Under the pieces are notes generated by a model, which was not told the DNA's origin, did not search any database, and worked only from the letters and a program-made list of their open reading frames with translations. Shown piece after piece: positions 1-14,395 of a stretch of DNA of 64,000 nt (the stretch's first letter is position 1; each line of letters opens with the position of its first letter). The stretch is from an uncultured Acidimicrobiia bacterium (GTDB taxonomy: Bacteria; Actinomycetota; Acidimicrobiia; Acidimicrobiales; SZUA-35): contig CAWAEN010000001.1 in assembly GCA_963781035.1 (NCBI GenBank), positions 35,386 through 99,385 on the forward strand, written 5' to 3'. The translations under genes and the position numbers were made by a program.

Positions 1-439
1 CATCCTCCTCCCCCTCGAGGCCCACATGCAGCGACTGGCCGACGGCGAACGCTTCGAAGAGGCGGCAGACATGCGGAATCGAGCCGAGGCGATTGCCCGG
101 ATCGTCGGCCGGCAACGACGGATCGACATGCTCGATCGGATCGACCACCTCGTGGTCGAAGACCGGCGCGGTTCCACGATCCGCATCCGTACCGGTGGTG
201 CTCTCGACAGCGCAGTGCTCGATCGCACAGTGCTCCGGGGCGCAACAGACTCGGCGGACATGACCGATCCGGCGCAACGACCCGTGTCGCTCGACGAAGC
301 CCTCTGTGTCGCCTCGTGGCTTCAGCGAAATGCCGACGGAGTCCGTCTGCTCACCTCGGAGGGAAGCTTCGCGTCGACCCTTCCCGGTCTCCCCGACTTC
401 AAACCGGCGCCTCAGCCTGCGTCGCGGCCGAATCGCTGA
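1..439 (+). CDS. 3' part of UVR-domain protein (probable DEDD exonuclease/UvrC-like), truncated by window start
   Basis: MQRLADGERFEEAADMRNR resembles a UVR motif; convergent with trpD as for mycobacterial Rv2191/trpD. Confidence 0.6.
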   Translation, partial: ILLPLEAHMQRLADGERFEEAADMRNRAEAIARIVGRQRRIDMLDRIDHLVVEDRRGSTIRIRTGGALDSAVLDRTVLRGATDSADMTDPAQRPVSLDEALCVASWLQRNADGVRLLTSEGSFASTLPGLPDFKPAPQPASRPNR

Positions 440-1511
440 AGGGCTTCCAGCTTGGCGCCGACTCGACCGTCGCTGATCGCAGCAAGGGCCAGTTCGACTC
501 CGCCGGCGAGGTCGTCGGCCAATCCGGCCACCACCAGACCGGCGCCGGCGTTCAACAAGACGATGTCGCTGCGAGAGCCGGTCTCGCTGCCGTCGAGAAT
601 GCCTCGGAAGATGTTCACGTTGTCTTCCGCGGTGCCGCCGGCCAGTGCGTCCATCGACGACGGGCGCTCGATGCCGAGCTCGTCGAGGTCGATCGACATT
701 GCGATCGGACATCGCCGTCGCGGACCACGAACACGATCGACGGGCCGGTTGTGCTGATCTCGTCGATGCCGTTGTCACCGGTGACGACCCATGCGTGTTT
801 CGAGCCGAGCGCCTCGAGCACGAGACTCATTTCCTCGGCCAGTGCCTCGCTCGAACAGCCGACAACCTGGCGCCGCACCCGGCCAGGGTGAGCCAAGGGG
901 CCGAGGGTGTTGAAGACGGTCGGGATCCCGAGCTCGGCCCGCACGGGACCGGCGTGCCGCATCGACGGGTGATAGGTCCTGGCGAGCGCAAACCCGAGCC
1001 CGTGCTCCGCGACTTGGCGCTCGAGCTGTTCCGGCGTGAGATCGACGCGGAGCCCGAGTGCCTGCAGGAAGTCGAAGCTGCCAGACGTACTGGACGCCTT
1101 GTAGTTCCCGTGTTTGCACACGATGGCACCGGCACCGGCAGCAACGAAGGCCGACATCGTCGACACGTTCAACGCATGCTTCCGCCGGTGGGCCGAGCCA
1201 CCGGTGCCGACGATGTCGATGGCATCAGCGGGGATCGTCAGGGGCTCGCTGGCGGCGAGCATGCCCCGAACGAGACCGATCATCTCGCCGACGGTCTCGC
1301 CCTTGACCCGCAGCGCAACGATGAACCCGGCGATCTGGGCCGGCGTGGCTTCGCCGGCCAGAATCGACGCCATTGCCGCACGGGCGTGGTCCGAGACGAT
1401 GTCGGTCCCGGACGCCACGGCACCGATCGTGCCGGGCCACCCTCCGAAATCCTGGAGCAATGACACGTCCGTGGACGCTGGAGCGGTCGATGCGGATGGC
1501 TCGTTGGTCAC
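412..1511 (-). CDS. trpD: Anthranilate phosphoribosyltransferase (frameshift near 700)
   Basis: DIVGTGG, NVSTMSA, KHGN, YHPSMR, TVFNTLGPL, GIDEIS in ORF 615..1511; C-terminal VLLNAGAGL in ORF 412..699. Confidence 0.95.
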
Positions 1512-1550
1512 GCCGCCACGCTAGCGCCGTCGCTCCGAGCCGCCGGGAGG

Positions 1551-1994
1551 TCACGTCGAGGTGCTGTCGCGATCAGTGTCCTCGGTGTACTGCGCTGCCT
1601 CGACGAAGCGAGCCAGCTGATGCTGTTCGACCCGTACGACCGTGGCCAGCCAGTCGGCGATCTCGGTGAAGCCTTCGGCCCGGGCGGTCTCGGCGAAATC
1701 GGCGTAGAGGTCGGCATCGTTTCGCTCGCCGGCCACGGCGCTCCGCAGGTTGTCCTCGGTGTCGCCGATCGTCTCAGTGGTCAGGGGATCACCGGCGTCG
1801 GCGAGCAGGTCGAGGATCCCGAGGGCGTGACCGGTCTCGCCTTCGGCGATCGCCCGGAAGAGCGAGGCAAGATCAGGGCGCCCCTCGATGTCGGCCTGCT
1901 GAGCGAAGTAGAGGTACCTCATCGCGGTCTGGCTTTCGCGAGCGAACGCTTCGCGTAGGTGCGCCTCGGTTCGCGACCCTCTGAGTTCGGACAT
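1551..1994 (-). CDS. Rubrerythrin family protein
   Basis: LREAFARESQ..YLYFAQQADIEG, EGETGHA, ARAEGFTEIADW..EQH diiron motifs. Confidence 0.9.
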   Translation of the reverse strand: MSELRGSRTEAHLREAFARESQTAMRYLYFAQQADIEGRPDLASLFRAIAEGETGHALGILDLLADAGDPLTTETIGDTEDNLRSAVAGERNDADLYADFAETARAEGFTEIADWLATVVRVEQHQLARFVEAAQYTEDTDRDSTST

Positions 1995-2094
1995 CAGCAG
2001 TACTCCTCCATGGACGCGGAGGCGACCCCGCCAGAGCCACCGAAGTGGGTCCAGCAGGGCCGCTGGTCGCTACGTCACGTGGTTGTGCCGTCGA

Positions 2095-4757
<2,663 letters not shown>

Positions 4758-4799
4758 GTTCGACACACTGCCAAAGATTCTGGACTCAGTCAAGTCTTT
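4758..4799 (-). promoter_or_regulatory. furA promoter (TTGACT-17-CAGTGT, probably leaderless) overlapped by a FurA-box-like inverted repeat
   Basis: Minus strand AAAGACTTGACTGAGTCCAGAATCTTT; -10-like hexamer ends 7 nt before the GTG at 4757. Confidence 0.7.
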
Positions 4800-4869
4800 G
4801 ACCATGTCCGTTTCTGTTGGCCCGCCCCGTCGCCCGAGGAGGACCGCCACCCCGCACTACGATGGCCCG

Positions 4870-5269
4870 GTGATTGCCATCGACTGGATCGTCATCCGAT
4901 CCGCCGCTCTCGCCGGGCTCTTCGTCCTCGTGCCGTCGATCGTCGTGCTGACGTTGGTCCTCGACGACTCGGCTTCCTCCCTCTGGATCTATGTGTTCGG
5001 TCTGCTGTTGGTGTTCGGCTTCCTGACCGCGGGCTACGGCGCCGGGCGGGCCCGAAGCGACACGCCCGATGATTCACGGGGCGATCGCCGGTCTCAGCTG
5101 CTACCTCGTGATCCAGCTGTTCGGGTCGATCTCGCGTCTGATCCGCGGCGAGTCGGTCAACCCTCTGCAGTATCCCTTCCTCGCCATCCTCAGCGCCGCG
5201 CTCGGCGCCAGCGGGGCCCTGTTCGCCGACTGGTATCGACGCAAGGGCCTGCGCAGCCCGGCCAACTGA
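4870..5269 (+). CDS. Small 4-TM membrane protein (frameshift near 5068)
   Basis: Hydrophobic helices at the end of ORF 4423..5364 continue in ORF 5069..5269. Confidence 0.65.
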
Positions 5270-5374
5270 CGCGAGCTCCCGCGACTCTCGTTCTCCGTTG
5301 CGTTCTTCGCCGGCACGCGCAACATCGCGACGCAGAAGGGAAGGCTCGGTTGCCGAGCCGCTAGTCTCGCCCGC

Positions 5375-5750
<376 letters not shown>

Positions 5751-5762
5751 CTCAACCGCTCC

Positions 5763-5860
5763 TCATGGTTTCCGATGTGTATTGATCCGGAACTCGAGCG
5801 TGTTGCCGGAGGGGTCTTTGAACCAGACGATCTGGTCCCGGTCTTCTCCCACAGAGCGGC
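5763..5860 (-). pseudogene. Remnant 3' end of a VOC/glyoxalase gene
   Basis: IVWFKDPSGNTLEF without an N-terminal half. Confidence 0.5.
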
Positions 5861-5934
5861 CAGATGTGATACATCTTGTGTCCGGCTGGGGCCTACCTGA
5901 CGTAGACCCCATGGCCACGTGACCAGATGACCAG

Positions 5935-6979
5935 ATGACTACAACGCACATCGCCTCTTGGATAGGGATTGCAATTTGTCTCAGCCAGTCGGCGATGTTT
6001 TCCGGCCTCAATCTGGCATTCTTCTCCGTCACCCGCATGCGGCTCGAGTCCGAAGCCGAGCAGGAGAACGCCGCCGCCGTACGCATCCTCAGGCTGCGCA
6101 GCGACGCCAACTTCCTGTTGTGCACGATCCTGTGGGGAAATGTCGGTGTCAACGTGCTGTTGGCGCTGCTGAGCGAGTCCGTGCTGGCCGGCGTCGGCGG
6201 CTTCGTGTTCTCTACCGTCGGCATCACGATCTTCGGCGAAATCGGGCCACAGGCCTACTTCTCGCGCCACGCGTTGCGAATGGGTTCGCTGTTCACGCCG
6301 GTCATCAGGTTCTACCAGGTCCTGTTGTTCCCCGTTGCCAAACCGAGCTCGCTGATACTCGACGGCTGGGTCGGACCGGAAGGCCCGAACTTCATGGGCC
6401 GGAGCGCGACGTCGAGATAATTCTGCAAAAACACATCATCGAGGACGATTCGGAGATCGGTGCCGCCGAGGGGCGTGGTGCGTTGAACTTCCTCGATCTC
6501 GATGACCGCCTGGTCTCGCGCGAGGGGGCCCGCTCGACCCGGAAACGATTTTCGAGCTGCCGTCGAAACTCGACCTTCCGCTGATCCCAGACTTGGAATC
6601 CGCAGAGGGCGAGGCGTTCATCGAGCGCTTGAAGGGGATCAACAAGAAGTGGATCGTGCTCACCGACGAGAACGGTGATCCGTTGCTGGTGCTCGATGCC
6701 GAGGCGTTTGTCTTCAAACTCTTCGCCGACCGCGCTGACATGGACGTGTACGAATTCGCTCACCGGCCAATCGTCGTCGCCGACCCGAATGCCACAATCG
6801 AGAACGTGCTCGACCTCTTCGTCGTCGACGCCGAACACCGCAACGATCGCGTGATCGATCACGACGTGATCCTGTTCTGGGCGCCGGACAGCAAGCGGAT
6901 CATCACCGGTGCCGACATTCTCGGGCGCCTGCTCCAGGGGATCGTCCGACGCATCGAGCCGGACGAGGCGGACGGGTAA
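5935..6979 (+). CDS. DUF21/CNNM-domain membrane protein (frameshifted)
   Basis: SAMFSGLNLAFFS, LLCTILWGNVGVN, ITIFGEIGPQA; C-terminal IITGADILGRLL. Confidence 0.85.
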
Positions 6980-7229
6980 CGGCGGTGGCATCTGTGCTGG
7001 GACACTCCCCGGAAGAATGCCTCCGAACGTACGCCCACTGGTGGCCGGTGAACATGAGCCGATCCGCACCGCGGCGGCCAGCCGGGGCCGAACCAGGGCG
7101 AGCCGCGGACCTATTCGCGTGACTCGGCGACACCGCGATCGAGTCGTAGCCGTTGTCCGCGGGACGCAGGCGGCGGAAGCGCCTGCCGGTACCCGGCCCA
7201 CGGCCAACTCACCGCAACCACACGCCTCT

Positions 7230-7700
7230 TCATCTGGGATCGGGCAGGCCATCCAGTGCGAGCGCCGCGTTGGTGTACCGGCCGTCGTCGGTGACCTCAC
7301 GCCCGAACCAGGTGGGCGGCTCGAATGCGGCGAGCGCCTCGGAGGAGCCGAACTCCACTTCGGCCAAGACGAGCCCGTCGAGGCCACCGCTGAACACGTC
7401 GAGTTCGATGACCTGCTCGTCGAACGGGATGCGGTGGCGGACCTTGACCACGCGTCGCCCCTCGGTGTGAGGCCATGCGGCATCGAACTGTTCACGGTCG
7501 ATCGTCCATTCGAGTTCGGTCCGCTCGGCGCCGCCGCCGGCCTTCACCGTGAGCGTGAATCCCTCCGCTCCGGCATCGCGCACCCGCACCGATGCCTGCT
7601 CCCTGGCGGCGAGGTACCCCTGACGCATCTCGGTGTTGTCGGACAGATCGATGCCTGCCGGGATGGCATCGATGAGGAACTTGCGCTCTCGTTCGATGGT
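7230..7700 (-). CDS. CYTH domain (triphosphate tunnel metalloenzyme), possibly fused to the upstream CHAD
   Basis: IERERKFL, RQGYL, LTVK, RTELE, LAEVEF, WFGREVT..YTNAAL. Confidence 0.9.
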   Translation of the reverse strand, partial: TIERERKFLIDAIPAGIDLSDNTEMRQGYLAAREQASVRVRDAGAEGFTLTVKAGGGAERTELEWTIDREQFDAAWPHTEGRRVVKVRHRIPFDEQVIELDVFSGGLDGLVLAEVEFGSSEALAAFEPPTWFGREVTDDGRYTNAALALDGLPDPR

Positions 7701-7739
7701 GGACGCCGGCGCCGTCGGGCCGTCGTCTCGGGCCGATCG

Positions 7740-8673
7740 CGAGTGCTGCAATTCCTCCCGTCGGCAGTTCGGGTCCGGCACTTCTGGTGGCTCGCCAGTA
7801 GGCAGTGATCCTGGAGCTGAACTCCGAGGGGCGCTCGGCATAGATGGCCATGCCTGTTCGCAACGCCGGCATTCGGAGTTCACGTTGCTGGTCGAGCGCC
7901 ACGCGACGCGCATGGTCGACGATGTCAGGGGTGCCGTAACGATCGGGATCGGCGTCGAGCGACTCGACGAGGACGGCGAGGTCGTGGTCGTCGCCCAGTG
8001 CGTCGGCGAGCCGGTCGAGTTCGTCGATCAGGGGTGCCGATCATGCTCGGCGAGGCCTTCCGCAGGAGGCGCAACTGGTACCACAGGTGTTTCACCGACT
8101 TGCGCCACTCGTGCATGTGCTCGTCGTTGGCATCGTTCTGTGCCGTTCGCAGAGCACGGCGTCCGCGACGGTAGGTGGCCGTCAAGCCGTCGGCGATCGC
8201 GTCGATTCCGCCGGTCGAGTTTCCGCCCGCTGCCCGGTCCCTGGCCTCGTCGAGCAGGTTGCGGGCGTCGACGATTCGGTCATCACCGGCTTCGATCGCA
8301 CCGGTCACCTCGGCCGCGAGGACTGCCTGTCGGTTGCGGACCGGCTCGAGTCGATCGTCGAGGTCGTGAGCGCCCAGGAGCGTGTCGAGCGTTGCGAGGA
8401 GCGCGTGGGCGTCGCGCATCGCCGAGAGCTGGTTGGCGGCATCGCGCACGGTCGGTCGAACGGTCGGAACTCGTCTCCGAGCGCTGATTGTACCAGTCGG
8501 GCGAGCCCGCGAGCCTCCTTGCAGCGCTTGCGGACGTCGTGCACGGCAGTCTCGACGTCGGCCGAGCCAGCGATCACGGCGTCGAGCAGTTCGATCGCGT
8601 CACCGAGACGTTCGACCGCGACGCGGCGAACCTCCCGCTTCACGGCCTTCATCGGATCAAACACGTATCCCAT
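7740..8673 (-). CDS. CHAD domain protein (several frameshifts)
   Basis: AVHDVRKRCKEARGL, LSAMRDAHA, MHEWRKSVKHLWYQ. Confidence 0.85.
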
Positions 8674-9150
8674 CGCTGCCAGTGAAACCGCCACACGATG
8701 CCGGGTCAAACGTGACGAGGCGTCGACTCTTCAGGGCGAAACCTCGGGTCCGCCTTGCGGGATGTCGCAACGTCGGTTGACAACGGAACTCGACATCGGG
8801 GAACTCCTGTGACCGACGAAGTGGCCATCGACGCATCTGTCGCGAACGTCTGCCGTCGGCCCAAGAAGTTGACCAAGGGCCGTCTACACACTTGAGCAGG
8901 TACGGCCCGCCGTGGCCGCCCCGGCCGAGTATTGTCCTTTCTCGCGCACCAACTGAGCGCTGAGTCGAATCAAGGATCGGGTATGTCGATTGAGGCGGAG
9001 GCTGCCTTCCATGGCAGAAACCAGAACGCGGTTGCCGGCGCTCAGCGTCGGATCCCGGGACCAGTAGCAGGAGTTCGAGTCAACGAGAGGTACCACCGCG
9101 CTCGGCATGCCGCGGGTGTGGACGATGCCGTGGCGACTGCGTCTCGTTTC

Positions 9151-10800
9151 GTGATCATCGACCTGTTCGAAGAAGGAACGCCTCGCCACTTCTACGATGT
9201 CGTGATCGTCGGAACCGGGCCGGCGGGTATCACCGTCGCAAACGAGCTTTCCGGCAGCGGACTCTCGGTCGGAGCGCTGGAAAGTGGTGGGCGGACCACG
9301 CGGCCATTGACCGATCGGCTTCGTGCGACGGTCAGTGAAGGCATCGAGATCAAGGAGCACTCTCGCGAGCGTGTTTCGGCGGCACCTCCACGACATGGGC
9401 GACGCTGTCACGCCCGCTTTCGCCCGCCAATCTCAACGGCGAGAACGGTGGCGACCGATGGCCCATCGACTACGAGGAAGCCGAGCCGTTCTATAGCGTG
9501 GCGTCGGAACGCTACGGGTTCCCTTCGCTCGAGGCGTTCGACGACTCGCGGGTTCGACGGTGTGCGGGCACGGAGTGAGTTCGCTCCAGAGTGGGAGCTA
9601 CTCACCGAACGCCTCTACCTCGCCCCCCGCAAGGCACCCAACTTCGCCGCCGAGCACCGCGACACGTTCGGCAGAGAAGGTACCGATGCGATCCTCGGTG
9701 CCACAGCCGTCAGCCTGGAGGCGGACGGCAGCGGTGCGGTGACATCGGTTCGCTACCGCGACCCATGGGGAACCACCGCCAGGTCGAGTGCGGCCGAGTC
9801 GTCCTCGCCTGCGGAGGGATCGAGAATGCTCGCCCTGCTCTTGCGTCCAAGAACCAGTGCCCGGATGGTCTGGGTAATCAGTACGACCAGGTTGGTCGCT
9901 ACATGATGAACCATCCGGACGCTGTCGGCGAGGTGATCCTCGACACACCCCTGTGCGAGAAGTGCCACATCTCTTCGGATGCATGGTTGGCGGTAGGCTG
10001 GGTATGCGTTTCTACACCTACGCGACGGCGTTGGGCTTCTCGACAGCTCATCCGATTCGAGCCGGCTGTTCCGTGGTCAGACCGCCGTGGCATCGAGGCC
10101 TTCTTGACGGTGATGAAACGATCGAGCGTGCTACTCGATCTGTTCGCAAAGCGCCAGCACGGCAAGGTCGCTTCTTTGCGCGATTACGCAGAGACCGGAG
10201 ACGAATCAGATCTGCAGAACTGCGCGAAAGGCGGGACGAGATTGGGCGTCAGCTCGTGTGGGCAATGGCCAAGGACAGCCCGTGGATCGCGAGCTATCTC
10301 TACTATCGCCTGCGTCGTTCCGCCTCGCCGCAGGTCACTCGCGTGCGGCTGCGCGACTTCATGGAGATGGAGCCGGATCCACAGAACCGAGTGACGTTGT
10401 CCACTTCGCTCGACGAACACGGCGAACCTCTCGCCGATGTCGCCCATGCCTGCGGTCCCCGTGATCGTCTTTCGATGACCACTCTGCAACAAGCGCTGTC
10501 GCACGAATTGAAGCGGTTGAATGCGGGACGCCTGGTCGACCCTCTGGGAGACGTCGACCCTTGGCCCATCGACCGTGACGCCTCACACCACATGGGCACG
10601 ACTCGTATGGGTTCCGACCTCGCGACGTCGGTGGTCGATGCAGACTGCAGGCTCCACGGCAGCCCCAACACCTTCGTTGCCGGGAGCTCGGTGTTCACCA
10701 CGAGCGGCTGAGCCAATCCGACTTTCACCATCGTTGCCCTTGCAGTGAGGCTCGCGGCCCACATCCGAAGCGACGCAGGCCGTGCCCCTTCGCCGTCGTT
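9151..10800 (+). CDS. GMC-family FAD oxidoreductase (frameshifted; in-frame TGA at 10709)
   Basis: DVVIVGTGPAG, LACGGIEN, VGRYMMNHP, SHHMGTTRMG, VVDADCRLHG, GSSVFTTSG*ANPT. Confidence 0.88.
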
Positions 10801-10839
10801 GAGGATCGGCTCGGCGAGACCGACAATTGCCACCGAGGC

Positions 10840-11875
10840 GGCTGCAGAAGACGTCAAACGTGTGCTCGTTGTAGGAGCCGGGGATCGAGCGCGAAGCGAG
10901 CGGTGATTCCTGCGCTGCAACTCTCGAGCGACAGGTACAGCATCGAAGCGGTCGTTGCTCAATCCCGTGGCCAATTTCCGTGAACGGAGTCGACTACCAA
11001 GTTCGCGTCCATCGACGATGTGAACAGCGACACGCTCGACGGGATCGATCTGATCTACATCGGCGTGGCGAAGCGGGCCTCAGGAGCCACGATCGAGCGT
11101 CTCGTCGATCTCGCCGGAGACGACGTCACATTCCTGGTGGACACACCGGTGCTCAACATCGCCCATCTTGCGAAAGGCAGAGCACTCGTCGGCCGCCCAC
11201 TTCGTGGGCGGCCGAAGACTGTGCAACGTTGCCGTGGCTCGGCGTCATCGACGCCGCCGTCGCCGCCGGACGATGCGGCCCACCGGTAGAACTGTTGCTC
11301 GATCGATCGGCGTACCGCTACCACGGCTTCGCAATGATGCGGAGAATCCCTCAGATCCCCACTGCGGGCGGCCAGGAAACGCAACCTTCCGAAGGGTTCT
11401 CGCTTTGATGTTCGAATGGCCAACGGCACCCTGGCGTCATTGGTCACGCCACCCGCAACTACGAGTCCGGACACTTCCAGGGATCCGTCACGAGCGACGG
11501 AGCCGTCATCAGCGATGACCCCTCGGTAGCGACCGATGGACTGCTGTTGGCGCCGATCGTCGAGGCCGGATGGTGCCAAGGCTTCGACCTTGGCGGCATC
11601 ACCATACAACTCGACCATTCCGAGCAGCTGGCTGCCGGCGGCGGGCTGGCAATCCGAGTCGGTCACCCAGCGCATGGACGACCTCAAGCGTGCTGGCTTG
11701 GTGCGAATGCTGCTCGACATCGATGAAGAAGCGCGGCGGCTACGCGGTCGAGGATGCGCTCGACGACATGATCATCGACGCCGCCATGCTGCGAGTAGGA
11801 CGATGGCGCTCGAGTCCAGCGACATCAGTGGCCTCGCCGCTCGTGCGCCGTGCCATCACGGCGACTCGGCGGTGA
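10840..11875 (+). CDS. Rossmann-fold (Gfo/Idh/MocA-like) region, heavily frameshifted, possibly fused to the GMC enzyme
   Basis: KRVLVVGAGDRA; DLIYIGV; FLVDTPV. Confidence 0.45.
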
Positions 11876-12069
11876 GCTCGAGTCGATCGCCAACGACCCT
11901 GGTCTTCGGCCGGGAGATAGACCGTGAGCGGCAAGGAAATCGTGGCCGCGAGAGCCTCCGCATCAGGTGCGACGATCTCTTGGGCGGATCTTCTATTGCC
12001 TTTCCTCGAGCGGTCGGCCACCATGGGCGGTGCGTGGGACCGATCAGCGGTCTCGGATGGAGGACCAAA

Positions 12070-12339
12070 ATGTCAAGGACCACGAAATTGGCCAGCAAAG
12101 AAATTAGGAGCACGTCAGGTCGGAGGTCGCGACTCGCCGTTGGCTTCGGGACCGCGGTCGTCGCAGCGATGGCGATGGTGGCACTTCCGGCTTCGGCCGG
12201 TAGCGGTCACGTGAATGATCAAGGCGTCAAGATCTCCAAGGTTCACATCTGCGTGAACGGCGGAAACACGATGCTCACCAGCCAAGCCAACGCTGCTGCA
12301 CTCATCGGGTCCGGGGTGGCAACGAAGGGCGTTTGCTAG
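12070..12339 (+). CDS. Small secreted protein (89 aa, two Cys)
   Basis: GGAGG RBS; basic N-region, hydrophobic core and ASA cleavage motif; KVHICVNG...KGVC. Confidence 0.65.
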   Translation: MSRTTKLASKEIRSTSGRRSRLAVGFGTAVVAAMAMVALPASAGSGHVNDQGVKISKVHICVNGGNTMLTSQANAAALIGSGVATKGVC

Positions 12340-12354
12340 GCCTCTTGGCCACCC

Positions 12355-13179
12355 TCACATCCTGGCGTCGGTGGCGACGGCGACGCGGTGCATCACGCGT
12401 CGGTCTGGCAGGTAGTCGGCGACGGCGTAGTGCTGCGTTGCTCGGTTGTCCCAGATCGCGAGCGTGCCCGGCTCCCACCGCAGGCGCATGTGGAACTCGG
12501 GCCTGTTGATCAGGTCGAACAGCATGGTGAGCAACCGAGCACTCTCGGGCGCGCTGGCGCCGATGATCCAGCGGGTGAACGACTCGCTGACGTTCACATA
12601 CGGCCGTCCCGTGACCGGATGGTGATCGATCACCGGATGCACTGCCGACCCGGCGGCGACGATCGCTTCGTCGATGCCGCCGTCGCCGCCTGACCGATAC
12701 GCCGGTGTGCGGAACGCCCCCATGTCGTGAACGGCCTCCAATTGCTCGAGATCGGTCCGCAGCCCGGGATCGAGCCGATCGTGCACGGCGTACATGTTCG
12801 CCCAGAGCGTGTCACCACCGGTCGGAGGCACGACCATCGCTTGGAGAATCGACGCGAACGGAGCGATCGACTTGTAGGTCATGTCGGCGTGCCACTCGGC
12901 TGCGTCCGGCGCCATGTCACCCCACCAGTCGAGGACGACGACGTCGTCACTTTCGGGGTGCGTCTGATAGCTGTGATGACGGGCACCGAGGTCGCCCAAC
13001 TGGCGACCGAGCGCCACCATCTCGGTCGGGGCCAGGCCGGCACCACGGATCACGAGGACCTGGTGGTCGATCAGCGCCTCGTGGAGCGCGTCTCCGACAT
13101 CGGGCGATCGCAGATCGACGCCCGAGAGCTCGGCACCGATCGCTCGGGTGATGGGATGGATTTCAGCCGACGTGGTCAT
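12355..13179 (-). CDS. TauD/TfdA 2-oxoglutarate dioxygenase
   Basis: WHADMT, GGDTLWAN, HPV, WDNRATQHYA, MHRV. Confidence 0.93.
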   Translation of the reverse strand: MTTSAEIHPITRAIGAELSGVDLRSPDVGDALHEALIDHQVLVIRGAGLAPTEMVALGRQLGDLGARHHSYQTHPESDDVVVLDWWGDMAPDAAEWHADMTYKSIAPFASILQAMVVPPTGGDTLWANMYAVHDRLDPGLRTDLEQLEAVHDMGAFRTPAYRSGGDGGIDEAIVAAGSAVHPVIDHHPVTGRPYVNVSESFTRWIIGASAPESARLLTMLFDLINRPEFHMRLRWEPGTLAIWDNRATQHYAVADYLPDRRVMHRVAVATDARM

Positions 13180-13303
13180 CGGCTGCGCACACTACGCACC
13201 AACCGAGCCCAACGCCACCTGGTACTGCTGCGCCACCTGTACTGCGGAACTGAGCCCTCAGTTCTGAGGCTTCAGTGCCGCAAATCGGAAGGGTGCCGGC
13301 AGA

Positions 13304-13636
13304 TCAGTCGATCGGCAGGCGGGCGAAGATCTCGACCTTCGCGTCCTCGAACTCGTCCTGGGTGATGTCGCCGTTCTCGAGCTGCTTGTGCACGGCCTCG
13401 ATCAACTCGAGCAGTTCGGGAGCGCTGAGCTCCCCTTTGCCGTCGAGCATGTCGGCGACGACACTGGTGCTGGCCTCGATGACTTCGACGTCTGACCCAC
13501 CCTCGAGATCGGCGGTGGGTGCCGGACCGAACGGATCGTTCGTATTGCCCTGACGAGCGGCCTGCTTGGCAGCCTTCTTGGCCGCCTTGGCCCGATCGCG
13601 CTGGAGTTTTGCGAAGCTGGAACGTTGCTTACCCAT
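13304..13636 (-). CDS. Hypothetical protein
   Basis: ATG with GGGAG RBS; basic N-terminus, acidic C-terminus. Confidence 0.65.
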   Translation of the reverse strand: MGKQRSSFAKLQRDRAKAAKKAAKQAARQGNTNDPFGPAPTADLEGGSDVEVIEASTSVVADMLDGKGELSAPELLELIEAVHKQLENGDITQDEFEDAKVEIFARLPID

Positions 13637-13819
13637 TGGGGAGCTCCCTTGTGTCGGCTCGACCCGAACGTCAGCTGCTGCTGAGGTGATGACGGATCAC
13701 ATCGTGAATCAGTTCACGAAAGAGTGCGACCCTCAAGACTAGGGCGAGAACATGCCCTTGCCTCGCCATGTGGCGCCTGACCGGTGCTTCTGCTCAAGTT
13801 CTTCACCCTGGCAGCCGGG

Positions 13820-14395
13820 TCATTCAACGAGGTGATCGACCCGGTTGAATGCGTGCAGCGACGGGCCGCGGCTCGACACTTCGATCGTCGAGATGGATGC
13901 CTGTGCGACGTGGCTTCGCCACGACATCCCGATCCCCACTCCGAGTGCCCACGCCACCGAAGCCTTGATCGGGGACACGTGCGAGAAGAGGACGATGTCG
14001 TGTTCTCGGGCCGTTTCGGCGAGTCGATCGAGGAACCCTCCAACCCGGTCGGCCAGCTCCTGGAGCGATTCGCCGTTCGGCGGGGCGAAATCCGGATTCC
14101 GCCGCCACTCCCCCAACGTCTCGACCGGGATGTCGCTCATCGAGGTGAGATCGAAGTCCCCGTAGTCGAGCTCGATCAGCGATCCATCGACGGCGATGTC
14201 GCTGCTGTACGCCTGCGCCGTCTCGACACATCGCTGCAAGGGCGACGAGTAGACGAGTGCGTTCGCCGGCAGGGCCGTGGCGATCTGTGCCGCCTGTCGG
14301 CGACCGAACGCATCCAGGGGCGGGTCAGCTCGTCCGAGGAGCAAACCGGACGCATTGGCCTCGGTTCGACCGTGACGGCACACGTAGATCGTCAC
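13820..14395 (-). CDS. Histidine phosphatase family protein
   Basis: RHGRT, SSPLQRC, ELDYGDF, PNGES, SHVSPI. Confidence 0.92.
   Translation of the reverse strand: MTIYVCRHGRTEANASGLLLGRADPPLDAFGRRQAAQIATALPANALVYSSPLQRCVETAQAYSSDIAVDGSLIELDYGDFDLTSMSDIPVETLGEWRRNPDFAPPNGESLQELADRVGGFLDRLAETAREHDIVLFSHVSPIKASVAWALGVGIGMSWRSHVAQASISTIEVSSRGPSLHAFNRVDHLVE

Noticed and set aside
13213..13264. Short repeat CGCCACCTG(G)TACTGC and hairpin GAACTGAG-CC-CTCAGTTC
   Set aside because: Probably an ordinary terminator-like element; too short to support more
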